Shown one piece after another: positions 42,276 through 55,857 of a stretch of DNA of 64,000 nucleotides. The notes below the pieces were generated by a model. The model was not told the DNA's origin and did no database searches. It worked only from the letters and a program-made list of their open reading frames with translations. The stretch covers positions 7,098-71,097 of the forward strand of contig CAVTBU010000010.1 of assembly GCA_963733035.1 (NCBI GenBank), written 5' to 3'. Source of the stretch: Pirellulales bacterium (GTDB lineage Bacteria > Planctomycetota > Planctomycetia > Pirellulales > PALSA-1355). Position numbers and translations under genes: made by a program. How positions within the stretch are numbered: position 1 is the first letter of the stretch; each line of letters starts with the position of its first letter.

Positions 42276-43079
42276 CTAGGAAAGCGGCAACCGCAGCCCG
42301 TCATAGGCCAGCTCCATGCCCTCGGGCAGGGCCTGGTTCGTGGCTTCGTGCTCGAGGTCGTGCGACATGTGCGTGAAGAAGGTCCGCTTCGGCGCGAGCT
42401 CTTGCGCGGCCTGCACCGCCTCGTCCAGGCTGAAATGCGTCGGATGCGGAGTCCGCCGCAGCGCATCGACAATCAAGACGTCGAGACCCTCGAGCAGCGC
42501 CTTGCTTTCGGGGGGAATGCGATTGGTGTCTGTGCAATAGGCGATGTTGCCGAAGCGGAATCCTAATACGCGAAATTTTCCGTGTTCCAGCCGTAGCGGA
42601 ATGATTTGCATTCCCAGTAGTTCGAACGGCTCGGTGCCGATGCGGTGGAACTCAATTTGCGGCACGCCGCCGGCGTAGTTCTTGGCTTCGTGCAAAAACG
42701 CATAGTCGAACGACTTGCGAATCCGCGCTTCGACCTGCTCCTCGCAAAACACGGGCATCGCGTGCCCCAGGTAATAGGGGAACAACCGCAGGTCGTCGAG
42801 GCCGAAGACGTGGTCGGCATGGTCGTGCGTATAGAGGGTGGAGTGCACCACGCCGATGCCCTCGCGCAACAGCTGGGTTCGCAAGTCGGGCGTGGTGTCG
42901 ACCAGCAGCGTGCCGCCGGGCAGACCGAGTGCCAGCGAGCAGCGCAGCCGCTTGTTCTTCGGATTGGCACTGGTGCAAATCGCACAGCCGCAGCCGACCA
43001 CTGGCACGCCGACGCTAGTGCCGGTTCCGAGCATGATGAGCTGGCCGTGGATGTCGGCGGTGACGAGTTGTTTTGGCAA
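42276..43079 (-). CDS. MBL-fold metallo-hydrolase (PhnP-like)
   Basis: 267 aa. LGTGTSVGVPV, CxC..C cluster GCGCAICT and the metal motif YTHDHADHVFG. Confidence 0.8.
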   Translation of the reverse strand: MPKQLVTADIHGQLIMLGTGTSVGVPVVGCGCAICTSANPKNKRLRCSLALGLPGGTLLVDTTPDLRTQLLREGIGVVHSTLYTHDHADHVFGLDDLRLFPYYLGHAMPVFCEEQVEARIRKSFDYAFLHEAKNYAGGVPQIEFHRIGTEPFELLGMQIIPLRLEHGKFRVLGFRFGNIAYCTDTNRIPPESKALLEGLDVLIVDALRRTPHPTHFSLDEAVQAAQELAPKRTFFTHMSHDLEHEATNQALPEGMELAYDGLRLPLS

Positions 43080-43359
43080 GGGAGTTTCCAGTGCAGGGGC
43101 GCCGAGTCGGTTGCCTGGAGCGTCGGCGGCGTGAGATTGCGAAAAGTCTTGCAGGTATCCAGGTTACGCCGCATGCGCGTCACTTTGTGCGCGAACAACC
43201 GTTATTGACCCTTCGTAAAAATCGTTATAAATTAAGGCACTTGCGACTCTTACGCCTCTTTAACCTGCGCTCGCGAGTGGCACCCCGGAGGGGGCGCCGC
43301 GACACCGCTTGAGCGCCGCTTTTTCAGGGGTTCACTAGGAACTTTTTGTCGGGCCTGAC

Positions 43360-47044
<3,685 letters not shown>

Positions 47045-47112
47045 GGAAAAGGGGCCGCGACGCCTGGCGTTGCCAAGGGCACGAGTTTTTCGTTGGGAAA
47101 GGAGTCCCCGCG

Positions 47113-48426
47113 ATGCCGTATCTGCTCAATGTCGTCTACCTGCTGATGCTCATTGTCGCCGCTCCGTGGCTGGCGTGGCAGGCCGCTCGCACGGGAAAGT
47201 ATCGCGAGGGCTGGGGCCAAAAGCTGCTGGGGCGGGTGGCCACGCGCAAGTCGGATGCGCGCTGCGTTTGGGTGCACGCGGTGAGCCTGGGCGAAGTGAG
47301 CCTGATTGGCTCGCTCGTCGCCGAACTCAAACGCCGTCATCCCGATTGGGAAGTCGTGATTTCGACGACCACGCTCACCGGTCATGCGTTGGCCAAGACG
47401 CGCTACGCCGAACACACGGTGTTCTACTGCCCCATGGACTTTACCTGGGCCGTGAGAAACGCGATGCGTCGCATCCGGCCGGATCTGCTGCTGCTGGCCG
47501 AATTGGAACTCTGGCCGAACCTGATTGCCGCGGCTCGGCGGCAGGGAGCCAAGGTCGCCGTGGTGAACGGGCGACTCAGCGAGCGGAGCTTTCGCGGCTA
47601 TCGGCGGCTGGGTCGCGTCGTTCGTGGTTTACTGGGACGAATCGATTTGCTGGCCGCGCAGAACGAACAATATGCCGAGCGGTTTCGCAAACTCGGCGCC
47701 CGGGCCGATCGCGTAGTCGTGACCGGGTCGCTGAAATTCGACGGGGCGCAGACCGACCGTGCCAATCCGGCCACGACGCGGCTGCGAGCGCTGGCGGGCT
47801 TTGCCGATAGCGACGTCGTGTTTCTGGCCGGCAGCACGCAGGAGCCCGAGGAACGGTTGGCGATCGAGGCCTATAAAGAGCTGTCGCCACTCTATCCGCG
47901 GTTGCGGTTGGTGTTGGTGCCGCGGCATCCCGAGCGGTTTTTGGAAGTTGCGCGGCTGCTGTCGACGAGCGGGCTGATTTGGGAGAAGCGGAGCCAATGG
48001 AATGAGCGGGGGGGCAACGCCCAGGTACGAGTGCTGCTGGTCGATCAAGTGGGCGAACTGGCGGCCTGGTGGGGCACGGCGGCGATTGGCTACGTCGGCG
48101 GCAGCATGGGCGAGCGGCAGGGGCAAAACATGATCGAGCCGGCCGCCTACGGCTGCGCGGTTTCGTTCGGTCCCAAGACGCGCAACTTTCGCGACGTGGT
48201 GTCGGCGCTGCTGGCTGAAAGCGCGGCGGTCGTTGTCCATGACGGCGCCGAGCTGACGGAGTTCGTCCGGCGCTGCCTGGCCGACGAGAAGTTCGCCGGG
48301 GAGCTGGGCCGACGAGCGGCCGCGGTGGTGGCATCTCAATTGGGAGCGACGGGGCGGACCGTGGATCTAATCGACACACTGCTGAGCGAGAGTGGGTTGT
48401 CGCTCGAAGGGCGGTGCGCGGCGTAG
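47113..48426 (+). CDS. waaA: 3-deoxy-D-manno-octulosonic acid (Kdo) transferase
   Basis: Start at MPYLLNVVYLLMLIVAAPWLA. WVHAVSLGEV, VISTTTLTGH, ELELWPNLI and GGSMG...GQNMIEPAAYG are the WaaA/KdtA blocks. Confidence 0.85.
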   Translation: MPYLLNVVYLLMLIVAAPWLAWQAARTGKYREGWGQKLLGRVATRKSDARCVWVHAVSLGEVSLIGSLVAELKRRHPDWEVVISTTTLTGHALAKTRYAEHTVFYCPMDFTWAVRNAMRRIRPDLLLLAELELWPNLIAAARRQGAKVAVVNGRLSERSFRGYRRLGRVVRGLLGRIDLLAAQNEQYAERFRKLGARADRVVVTGSLKFDGAQTDRANPATTRLRALAGFADSDVVFLAGSTQEPEERLAIEAYKELSPLYPRLRLVLVPRHPERFLEVARLLSTSGLIWEKRSQWNERGGNAQVRVLLVDQVGELAAWWGTAAIGYVGGSMGERQGQNMIEPAAYGCAVSFGPKTRNFRDVVSALLAESAAVVVHDGAELTEFVRRCLADEKFAGELGRRAAAVVASQLGATGRTVDLIDTLLSESGLSLEGRCAA

Positions 48427-48485
48427 TTGCTTTTCAATTGTGCAATGTGCTGACGCCGTAGAATTGCACGCACCATCCGCAAAAA

Positions 48486-48502
48486 TGGGTAGTGGTTCAC
48501 TT
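48486..48502. repeat. left arm of inverted repeat flanking the PEP-CTERM gene (TGGGTAGTGGTTCACTT)
   Basis: Exact reverse complement of 49424-49440. Weaker similarity extends outward to about 48472 (ACCATccGCA). Confidence 0.85.
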
Positions 48503-48641
48503 GAAATCCCCGCACTGAGATGCGGCGGGCAAGGAGTTGTTCAGGCCGCAATCCTGGCGGCATTCTCGTCGGCGTCCGGTTGTTGCGGGCGGTCGCGTGT
48601 CGTGTCGAAGTCGTACCGAGCCGCCGCGCGAATGTCAGACT

Positions 48642-49334
48642 TCACATATGCGTCCGCCGATAGCGTCCGACAAATCCAACAACGGCCACGGCAGCCAGAA
48701 CGAAAGCGCTCGGTTCGGGGATCGGGGTCAGTGAAACTTGCATGAGATTGCCGACGTACGATTGTCCGTCGAAATCATCAACGTAGAGGGTGATCTCCCC
48801 TCCGGTCGCTACCCGCGTACCTAGGTCGAACTCTCGGACCTGGAATTGTCCCTGTGCACCTGGCCCATCACTGCCGGTAGCGATGAGTGTGCCGCCGCTG
48901 GAATAGAAATAGGATTGGAGCTGCCCGCTGGAGAACCCGAATCGGCCTCCGTAAAAGTCGAAGCCGGTATTGACCATCGTTTGGACCTCCACTTTGTAGG
49001 GCAGGTCAGGGACAAGCGAGCCAACCGTCAGTGCGAACTCTGGCGAATTCTCATAGATGTGCCGTGAGGTCAACGCCGTGACCCCTGTGCCGCCATAATC
49101 GGGAGATACGCCAAACTTGTTGTCCGATTGAACGTCGGAGTTGGGCTGCTGGAATCCAATCTGGGGGACTGTCAGATTGATCGCGTCGGCGGGTGAGTAA
49201 GAAACGGTCGAGCCGGGCGTTACTGCAAATGGAGGGTCGGAAAACGGCGGCTGAATGGTGACGATCACTTCTGCCGATGCCGTGGCGCACAGGCAGATAG
49301 CCGCCAGCGACGCCAGAATGGTTGTCGGTCTCAT
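48642..49334 (-). CDS. PEP-CTERM sorting-domain protein
   Basis: Signal peptide MRPTTILASLAAICLCATASA. C-terminus PIPEPSAFVLAAVAVVGFVGRYRR. Confidence 0.8.
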   Translation of the reverse strand: MRPTTILASLAAICLCATASAEVIVTIQPPFSDPPFAVTPGSTVSYSPADAINLTVPQIGFQQPNSDVQSDNKFGVSPDYGGTGVTALTSRHIYENSPEFALTVGSLVPDLPYKVEVQTMVNTGFDFYGGRFGFSSGQLQSYFYSSGGTLIATGSDGPGAQGQFQVREFDLGTRVATGGEITLYVDDFDGQSYVGNLMQVSLTPIPEPSAFVLAAVAVVGFVGRYRRTHM

Positions 49335-49423
49335 TAGACTTTTCTCTTTCGGCGGGGGTGCGTTGGACTCATGCGGACTACCCCGCCATGATAGTCCAGG
49401 GCCGGGCTGGTTTGGTCTCTCTG

Positions 49424-49440
49424 AAGTGAACCACTACCCA
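49424..49440. repeat. right arm of inverted repeat flanking the PEP-CTERM gene (AAGTGAACCACTACCCA)
   Basis: Exact reverse complement of 48486-48502. Extended similarity runs to about 49453 (TGCtATGGT). Confidence 0.85.
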
Positions 49441-49452
49441 AAAATGCTATGG

Positions 49453-49482
49453 TTGCGAGGCCGGCTTGCCAGGGCCTATAAT
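49453..49482 (+). promoter_or_regulatory. candidate sigma-70-type promoter of metK (TTGCGA-N18-TATAAT)
   Basis: -35 TTGCGA at 49453-49458 and consensus -10 TATAAT at 49477-49482. AAAGGAG lies 7 nt before the GTG start at 49557. The predicted leader is about 65 nt. Confidence 0.45.
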
Positions 49483-49556
49483 GCGAAATCACCTTCTGGG
49501 ACCGAGCTGGATTGTAATGCAGGCCGGTCCGTTGTCTTGCGAAAGGAGATTGCCAC

Positions 49557-50744
49557 GTGGCCTCGGGAAAATACCTCTTTACCAGCGAATCTGTCAGCAT
49601 GGGCCATCCAGATAAGTTGGCCGATCAAATCTCCGACGGCGTGCTCGACGCACTGCTGGCGCAAGACCCGTATAGCCGCGTGGCCTGCGAGACGATGGTG
49701 ACTACCGGCGTGGCGATCGTGGCCGGCGAAATTACCACCAAGGCGGTCGTTGACTATTCCAGCGTTATTCGCCAGGTGATTCGCGACGTGGGCTACACCG
49801 ACGACGAGGCCGGCATCAATGCCGACACCTGCGCGGTCATGGTGAGCATCGACAAGCAGAGCGCCGATATTGCCCAAGGCGTCGACGAAAACGCCGGCAG
49901 CGGCAAGGAGATTGGGGCTGGTGACCAGGGCCTGATGTTCGGCTATGCGTGCAACGACACACCGGAATTGATGCCGCTGCCGATCGCCCTGTCGCATCGC
50001 ATTCTCAACCGCCTGACCGAGGCCCGGCAGCAGGGCGAAGTCAAGTGGCTGCGGCCCGACAGCAAAAGCCAGGTGACGGTGGAATACGACGGCGCTCGGC
50101 CGGTGCGTATCGATACGGTGGTCGTTTCGACGCAGCACACGCCGGAGGTTTCGAACGAGGAAATCCGCAAGTTCGTCATCGAGAAGATCGTCAAGCCGTC
50201 GCTGCCGGCCGACCTCGTTACCGGCGAAATCAAGTATCACATCAACCCCACCGGCCGCTTCGTGGTTGGCGGCCCGCATGGCGATTGCGGTTTGACGGGC
50301 CGCAAGATCATCGTCGACACCTATGGCGGCTGGGGCCGTCATGGCGGCGGCGCCTTCAGCGGCAAGGATTCGACAAAGGTCGATCGCAGCGCGGCCTACA
50401 TGGCGCGGCACGTGGCCAAGAACATCGTGGCGGCCAAGCTGGCGGAACGGTGCGAAGTACAGTTGGCCTATGCGATCGGCGTGACCGAGCCGGTGAGCGT
50501 GCACGTCGACACGTTTGGCACCGGCACGGTCGACGATGAGCGAATTTGCGAAGTCGTCTGCGAGATGTTCCCGCTCTCGCCCGGAGGAATTATCAAGTAT
50601 CTCGATCTGCGGCGACCGATCTTCCGTAAGACGGCTGCCGGCGGACACTTTGGTCGCGAGGATGCCGACTTTACCTGGGAAAGCACCCACCGCGCCAAGG
50701 AACTGGCCCAGGCCGTAGGCGAGACCGCGGCGGCCCGCGCCTGA
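49557..50744 (+). CDS. metK: S-adenosylmethionine synthetase
   Basis: [71 protein letters not shown]. Full-length at 395 aa, GTG start. Confidence 0.92.
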   Translation: MASGKYLFTSESVSMGHPDKLADQISDGVLDALLAQDPYSRVACETMVTTGVAIVAGEITTKAVVDYSSVIRQVIRDVGYTDDEAGINADTCAVMVSIDKQSADIAQGVDENAGSGKEIGAGDQGLMFGYACNDTPELMPLPIALSHRILNRLTEARQQGEVKWLRPDSKSQVTVEYDGARPVRIDTVVVSTQHTPEVSNEEIRKFVIEKIVKPSLPADLVTGEIKYHINPTGRFVVGGPHGDCGLTGRKIIVDTYGGWGRHGGGAFSGKDSTKVDRSAAYMARHVAKNIVAAKLAERCEVQLAYAIGVTEPVSVHVDTFGTGTVDDERICEVVCEMFPLSPGGIIKYLDLRRPIFRKTAAGGHFGREDADFTWESTHRAKELAQAVGETAAARA

Positions 50745-50811
50745 GCGGCCGGCCACGGTAGTGTGCTAAGCGATTGAACGGTTACCGATTCCCTTTATCC
50801 GATGGAGTCGC

Positions 50812-51681
50812 GTGCGCATGGAGGCGGTCGGTCTCTTAGCGAGTGGTCAGGCGGCCGCATTTCGGCCCACGGCGCCCGTTGTGCGGCTCGGGCGTGCGAT
50901 TGTCGCGTCGGGTCTCGCTCTCCTCGCGCTGGCCGGCCTTGTGCTATGCGCTCGCCGGCTGCAAGGTGCGCTCGTTGAGCCACTCGGTCCGGCGACGCTG
51001 GTCGCGGTGGCGATTTGCCTGGCCGTCGCGGCGCTTGTTTTTCGCCGAGTCTGCACGACCCGGGCGGCTGCCGGCCCGACACACTACGCCATCTGGGTCG
51101 CGCCATCGCTCGTGCTCGTGCTTTGGATATCGGCACTTGCCCTGCCGGAAACGGGGAGTTTCAGCCTGGCGCTGTTTTCGGGCATTGTGCTTCTCGAGGA
51201 AGGGTGGAGTTGGGGACGCTTGCGACTGCCAGGGTTGGTGTCGATCGCCACGAATGCAGTCGAGTCAGTGGTCGATGCCGAGCCTGCAGCCTTGGGGAGC
51301 TTGTCGCTCGTGCATGGCGATGACCAATTGCTCGAACCTGATGAAGAGTTGGGGGGGCAGCACGACGCGTCGACGAGCCAGCAGCTCGTGCGCCGCACCG
51401 AGGAGGGGCGCGAGATGATCGAAGGCTGGACGCGGGTCGACTTTGCCGTCGGCCAGCGGCACGCGGCGGCGCACCTGGCGATTTGTCCGCCGCTTGTCCG
51501 CACGCCCGTTTGCTATGCCGAGCAAGCCGACGGACCATCTGCCCAGGTGAAAGTCACGCAAGCGATGACCTACGGCGTGCGCTGCGAAGTGAAGCTTGAC
51601 GAACCGGCGCGGGAACCGACCAGCGTGATCGTCGAGTTTTCGATCCAGGAGCCCGCATCCGCCGCGCGGTCGGGAGCCTGA
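50812..51681 (+). CDS. hypothetical membrane protein
   Basis: 289-aa ORF with four hydrophobic helices in the first 130 aa and a soluble C-terminal half. GTG at 50812 or ATG at 50818. No family recognised. Confidence 0.5.
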   Translation: MRMEAVGLLASGQAAAFRPTAPVVRLGRAIVASGLALLALAGLVLCARRLQGALVEPLGPATLVAVAICLAVAALVFRRVCTTRAAAGPTHYAIWVAPSLVLVLWISALALPETGSFSLALFSGIVLLEEGWSWGRLRLPGLVSIATNAVESVVDAEPAALGSLSLVHGDDQLLEPDEELGGQHDASTSQQLVRRTEEGREMIEGWTRVDFAVGQRHAAAHLAICPPLVRTPVCYAEQADGPSAQVKVTQAMTYGVRCEVKLDEPAREPTSVIVEFSIQEPASAARSGA

Positions 51682-51692
51682 CCGCTAGGAGT

Positions 51693-52733
51693 CTAGCGAT
51701 TCGGCACTTCGCGATCGAGTTGCCGCTGGCTCGCGGAGCGAAAGACCTCGCCCATCCGCTTGACGACTTGCGGTGAGGGGAGATCCTGGCGGCCGTCGAT
51801 GAGAAACACGAAGTTATCGGCCAGCACTTCCTCGGGATGGATGATGTACTTGGTGTTGCGGCCGATCTGCTCGTGGTAGCCAGGAACCGCTTGCGGATCG
51901 AGCAGCACGGGCTGACCGCCAGCCAGCACGGGCCGGCGATTGCCGTCGACATCTTCGACCTGCATCAGGCGGAACGTCAGATACGAGAATAGACTGCCGC
52001 CGCGCGCCGCGTCGTAGCGCGGAGCATTGGCATAGAGCACGGGCATCAATTCGATCGTCCGCCCGTCTTGGGTCACAGTGATATAGTTGTTGTTGAGCGG
52101 GGCGTCGGGATTCGTGATCTTGCGCGGGGCGATTGAATCGGGCAGCGGCACTTCGTTGCAGGGATGGAAGCCGATCGTGGCATAGAGGGCCTTGCGAAGC
52201 TGGGGATTCTGATTGCTGATCACGTGGAATAGTTCGTGCGGCAGCACGCGGCTGAGTGTTACGGCTGGACCGTCGATCATGTTCTTGGGCAGTACGATCA
52301 CGGGTCCGCGGCAGTACGCGGCGGCGCCTTCCTCGCGTCCGTTCGTTTTTACCAGCAGCACCACCGGTGGCAACGGCAGCTTCCACGGCGCGATTTTGCG
52401 GGCCACGTCGGTCCACAGCGGCGTCAGTTTTTGGATGTCGGCTTGCGTCCAAGGGAGCACATGTTTGCCGAGGAACTCCAAAAACTCCGCTTCGCTCACG
52501 TCGGCGTCGGTTCGCGGACGGACCTGCCGGTCGAACGGGCTCAACTGCCGGATGTAGTCGTCGCGAGCCGTGATGGCGGCAACGCCCTGCGGCACGTCGG
52601 CAAAGCGAAGCACGCTGCCGGGCCCCAATGGAATGTCGGTGGCGGCCCAGGCCGGCGAGCTTGCGGTGAAGACCATTAGGACGACGAGCATCGAGGTATG
52701 CAGTTGATTCGCGCTGCGAACAGAGGCAGACAT
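51693..52733 (-). CDS. secreted hypothetical protein with HExxH motif (possible zinc metallopeptidase)
   Basis: Start taken at MSASVRSANQLHTSMLVVLMVFTASSPAWA (ATG 52733; the ORF-track TTG is at 52751). LPHELFHVISN is the only catalytic-looking motif. Confidence 0.55.
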   Translation of the reverse strand: MSASVRSANQLHTSMLVVLMVFTASSPAWAATDIPLGPGSVLRFADVPQGVAAITARDDYIRQLSPFDRQVRPRTDADVSEAEFLEFLGKHVLPWTQADIQKLTPLWTDVARKIAPWKLPLPPVVLLVKTNGREEGAAAYCRGPVIVLPKNMIDGPAVTLSRVLPHELFHVISNQNPQLRKALYATIGFHPCNEVPLPDSIAPRKITNPDAPLNNNYITVTQDGRTIELMPVLYANAPRYDAARGGSLFSYLTFRLMQVEDVDGNRRPVLAGGQPVLLDPQAVPGYHEQIGRNTKYIIHPEEVLADNFVFLIDGRQDLPSPQVVKRMGEVFRSASQRQLDREVPNR

Positions 52734-53182
52734 GGGAGTTCTTCTCGGCAAGTGACGGTTTCAATTCGTGGTCGACAACCCAATCGTACGCCGTGCCGGA
52801 TAAGTTTGCTTTGGATCGCCCGAGAGCGGATTGGCACGGTCTCAGCTTAACATTCCCAGCCCGCGAATGGTGAGCTAGGTGGGGGGCCTGCTCAGAGAAT
52901 CGCGCCGGCCCGTTAGGCCTTTGCCTGGGGCCGGTGTAAGCAATAATAGAGTGCAGCGCGGCGATGACCGCGCCGCTGCCGCAATCGGTTCTCGAACCCT
53001 CATTGGGACGCTCACATGGCACGTTGGCCGCGACACGTTTGGACCTCGATCATCACTTACGGGATGATTTTTGGCCTGTTTCCGCTCCTTTGCGTGCTGG
53101 CCGTGGCCTACGTGCGCGGTTGGTTTTAGCCGATTTCGAACCGGCCGCCTTGATTGCCATTTCGCCCGGAGACCGCGTCACC

Positions 53183-54592
53183 GTGACACTCAGCAAGGAT
53201 GAATTGCAGGCCCGCCTGGCGCCGTTCGACCAGGAGCACGTGCTGGCATTTTGGGACGAGCTCGACGAGGCCAGCCGCCAGCGCCTGGCGTCACAGTTGG
53301 CCAACATCGACTTCCGATTGCTCCGCGGGTTGTATCAGGGCGGCGTCGTGGCCGAGGACTGGACCGCGCTTGCGCTCCGCTCGCACACGCCGCCGGCCCG
53401 ACGGTTGCACGAGCCGCAGGCCTCGGTCACCGCGGAACAGGCCGAACAGCTGGGGCTTGAGGCCTTGGCCGCTGGACATGTGGGCGTGGTCATCGTGGCC
53501 GGAGGGCAGGGGACTCGACTGGGCTTCGAACACCCCAAGGGGATGTACAAGATCGGTCCGGTGTCGGGGGCGTCGCTGTTTCAGATACTATTGGAGAAGA
53601 TTGCCGCTCGGGCGCGCGTGGCCGGCATGCGGATTCCGCTTTACTTGATGACCAGCCCCGCCACGCACGATGAAACCGTGGCCTATCTCGAAGAGCAACA
53701 AAGGTTCGGGTTGCCCAGCGAAGACGTGAAGGTATTTTGCCAGGGAACGATGCCCGCGGTTGATGCGAGCACCGGTCGCTTGCTGATGACTTCCAGGAGC
53801 GAGTTGGCGCTCAGCCCCGATGGACATGGCGGCACGCTCCGCGCGCTATCTACCAGCGGCTGCCTGGCCGACATGCGAGCCCGCGAGCTCAAACAGTTGT
53901 TTTATTGCCAGGTAGACAATCCCCTGGTGGAAATGTGCGACCCGCGGTTTGTCGGTTATCACTTGCAGGCCGGATCGGAAATGTCGACCCAGGTAGTGGC
54001 CAAGCGCCACGCGCGCGAACGGGTTGGCAACGTGGTGTCGATCGATGGCCACCTCCGAATTCTGGAATATAGCGATCTCAATCCGTTGGACGATGAGATT
54101 GTTGAACGCCGCGCCCCAGACGGTTCACGCGTGTTTTGGGCGGGTAATACCGCGTGCCACGTATTCGACGTGGCGTTTCTGGAGCGGATGGCGGCCAGTG
54201 GTACGGCGCTACCGTTTCATGTCGCCCGCAAAACGGTTTCGCACATCGACGCCTCGGGCAGCGCAGTCGAGCCGCGCGAGCCGAACGCGATCAAGTTTGA
54301 GCGGTTTATCTTCGATCTGCTGCCTGAGGCCCGCCAGGCGATCGTGGTGGAAGTCGATCCGCAGCTGACGTTCGCTCCGATCAAGAACGCACCAGGTGAG
54401 TCGTTTGACAGCCCCGAGACGGTGCAGGCACAGATGATAGCGTTGCACGCCGACTGGCTGCGGTCGGCCGGCTGCAAGGTGACCGACGGCGTCCCGGTCG
54501 AAATCAGCCCGCTGTTTGCCCAAAACGCGGCGGAGGTCGCCGCCCAGATCCGGCCGGGACTGGCCGTGACGGCACCGCACTACTTCTGCTAG
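53183..54592 (+). CDS. UDP-sugar (UDP-N-acetylglucosamine/UTP-hexose-1-phosphate) pyrophosphorylase, UDPGP family
   Basis: VVIVAGGQGTRLGFEHPKGMY.IG, LYLMTS..TH, PDGHGG, QVDNPLV, N.CHVFD. The ORF is open from 52964, but the first 70 codons do not resemble the family. The GTG at 53183 (GGAGA 10 nt upstream) gives MTLSKDELQARLAPFDQEHVLAFWDEL, the normal N-terminus. Confidence 0.8.
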   Translation: MTLSKDELQARLAPFDQEHVLAFWDELDEASRQRLASQLANIDFRLLRGLYQGGVVAEDWTALALRSHTPPARRLHEPQASVTAEQAEQLGLEALAAGHVGVVIVAGGQGTRLGFEHPKGMYKIGPVSGASLFQILLEKIAARARVAGMRIPLYLMTSPATHDETVAYLEEQQRFGLPSEDVKVFCQGTMPAVDASTGRLLMTSRSELALSPDGHGGTLRALSTSGCLADMRARELKQLFYCQVDNPLVEMCDPRFVGYHLQAGSEMSTQVVAKRHARERVGNVVSIDGHLRILEYSDLNPLDDEIVERRAPDGSRVFWAGNTACHVFDVAFLERMAASGTALPFHVARKTVSHIDASGSAVEPREPNAIKFERFIFDLLPEARQAIVVEVDPQLTFAPIKNAPGESFDSPETVQAQMIALHADWLRSAGCKVTDGVPVEISPLFAQNAAEVAAQIRPGLAVTAPHYFC

Positions 54593-54779
54593 CCTATCGG
54601 GCGGTTGGTCTGATAACGCGGAAGTTGGTTTGCCACCAAAGTCAGGGTCGACCGAGAGGAACGCAAGAGCAGATCGAATCGCGCATAGCAGGTCGACTTT
54701 GCTTTTCTCAGTGACCTCCGTGGCCGACCTCTCTTAGTCTCTTTCGCGGTTGCTTCAATTTCAGGGCGATGACTTCAAT

Positions 54780-55847
54780 ATGTTGCATGCGGTGATCATG
54801 GCGGGCGGAAGTGGGACGCGGTTCTGGCCCGAGAGCCGAGGTTCGCGGCCGAAGCAGCTGTTGCGCCTGGTGGGGGAGCGGACCATGATCCAGTCGACGG
54901 TCGATCGACTGGAGTCATTGGTGCCGGCCGACCGCGTGCTGATCGTAACCAACGCCGGCCTGGTCGATGAGATTTGGAACCAACTTCCGCAGTTGTCGCC
55001 GCGGGCTTTGATTGGCGAACCGTGCCGACGCGACACGGCACCCTGCATCGGCCTGGCCGCCTTGGAAATTGTGCGCCGCGACCCGGAGGGGATCATGGCC
55101 GTGATGCCCTCGGACCAGGTCATCTCGCCCGACGATAAATTCCGCAGTGCAATTTTGCAGGCCCAGCGACTGGTCGAACAGTCGCCCGAGCGAATCGTGA
55201 CGTTCGGCATCAAGCCCACGTATCCGGCCGAATCGTTCGGATACATCGAGCGGGGCGAGTCGTTGGCCGACGGGGTGTATCGCGTGCGGCAATTTCGCGA
55301 AAAGCCGCAGGCGGATATCGCCCGCGGATACGTGGCGACGGGAACCTTCTACTGGAACTCCGGCATCTTCGTTTGGAAGGCGGCCACGATCTTGAGCGCG
55401 CTCGAAGCGCGGCAACCGGCAATGGTGGCACGATTGCGCACCATTGCCGGGGCGGTCGACGGTGCGAACTATCAGGAGGTGTTCGAGCGCGAGTTCGCGG
55501 CGATCGAGGGTATCTCGATCGACTACGCCGTGATGGAACACGCCACGGACGTGGCCGTGATCGAAGCGCCGTTCGCCTGGGACGACGTCGGCAGTTGGCA
55601 GGCCATCTCTCGGCTGCAAGGCACCGATTCCGAGGGGAACACCGTCTCGGCCAGGCATCTGGGTTTGCACACTCGAGGTACGATCGTGCGCGGCCGGCCA
55701 GGCCATCTGGTGGTGACGCTGGGGGTGGAGGACCTGATCGTGGTACATACGCCCGACGCCACGCTGGTGGCCAACAAGCACGACGAAGAAGCGATCAGGC
55801 AACTGGTGAAGCTGATTGCCGAGCGCGGCTGGCAAGAGTACCTTTGA
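54780..55847 (+). CDS. manC: mannose-1-phosphate guanylyltransferase
   Basis: MLHAVIMAGGSGTRFWPESR...KQ, PSDQVI, TFGIKPTYPETGYGYI-like TFGIKPTYPAESFGYIE, FREKP, YWNSGIFVW, SIDYAVME. Confidence 0.85.
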   Translation: MLHAVIMAGGSGTRFWPESRGSRPKQLLRLVGERTMIQSTVDRLESLVPADRVLIVTNAGLVDEIWNQLPQLSPRALIGEPCRRDTAPCIGLAALEIVRRDPEGIMAVMPSDQVISPDDKFRSAILQAQRLVEQSPERIVTFGIKPTYPAESFGYIERGESLADGVYRVRQFREKPQADIARGYVATGTFYWNSGIFVWKAATILSALEARQPAMVARLRTIAGAVDGANYQEVFEREFAAIEGISIDYAVMEHATDVAVIEAPFAWDDVGSWQAISRLQGTDSEGNTVSARHLGLHTRGTIVRGRPGHLVVTLGVEDLIVVHTPDATLVANKHDEEAIRQLVKLIAERGWQEYL

Positions 55848-55857
55848 AGGTGAAGCA

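Noticed and set aside
48486-48510. GGTTCACTTGAAATCC resembles a tRNA T-arm, considered as a tRNA or tmRNA fragment
   Set aside because: No acceptor stem, anticodon arm or D-arm can be built around it. It is the left arm of the inverted repeat.
52832-52847. TGGCACG-GTCT-CAGCT, a second sigma-54-like match
   Set aside because: It has the same weakness (no TTGC) and lies about 350 nt from the nearest downstream start. A third match on the minus strand near 35520-35540 (TGGCAC-AATTG-GCTGC) has GG-GC spacing off by one.
52964-53182. The N-terminal 73 codons of the 542-aa ORF for the UDP-sugar pyrophosphorylase
   Set aside because: This sequence (…RAGRGLRARLVLADF…) does not resemble the family. 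The normal N-terminus starts at an in-frame GTG at 53183 with a GGAGA upstream.
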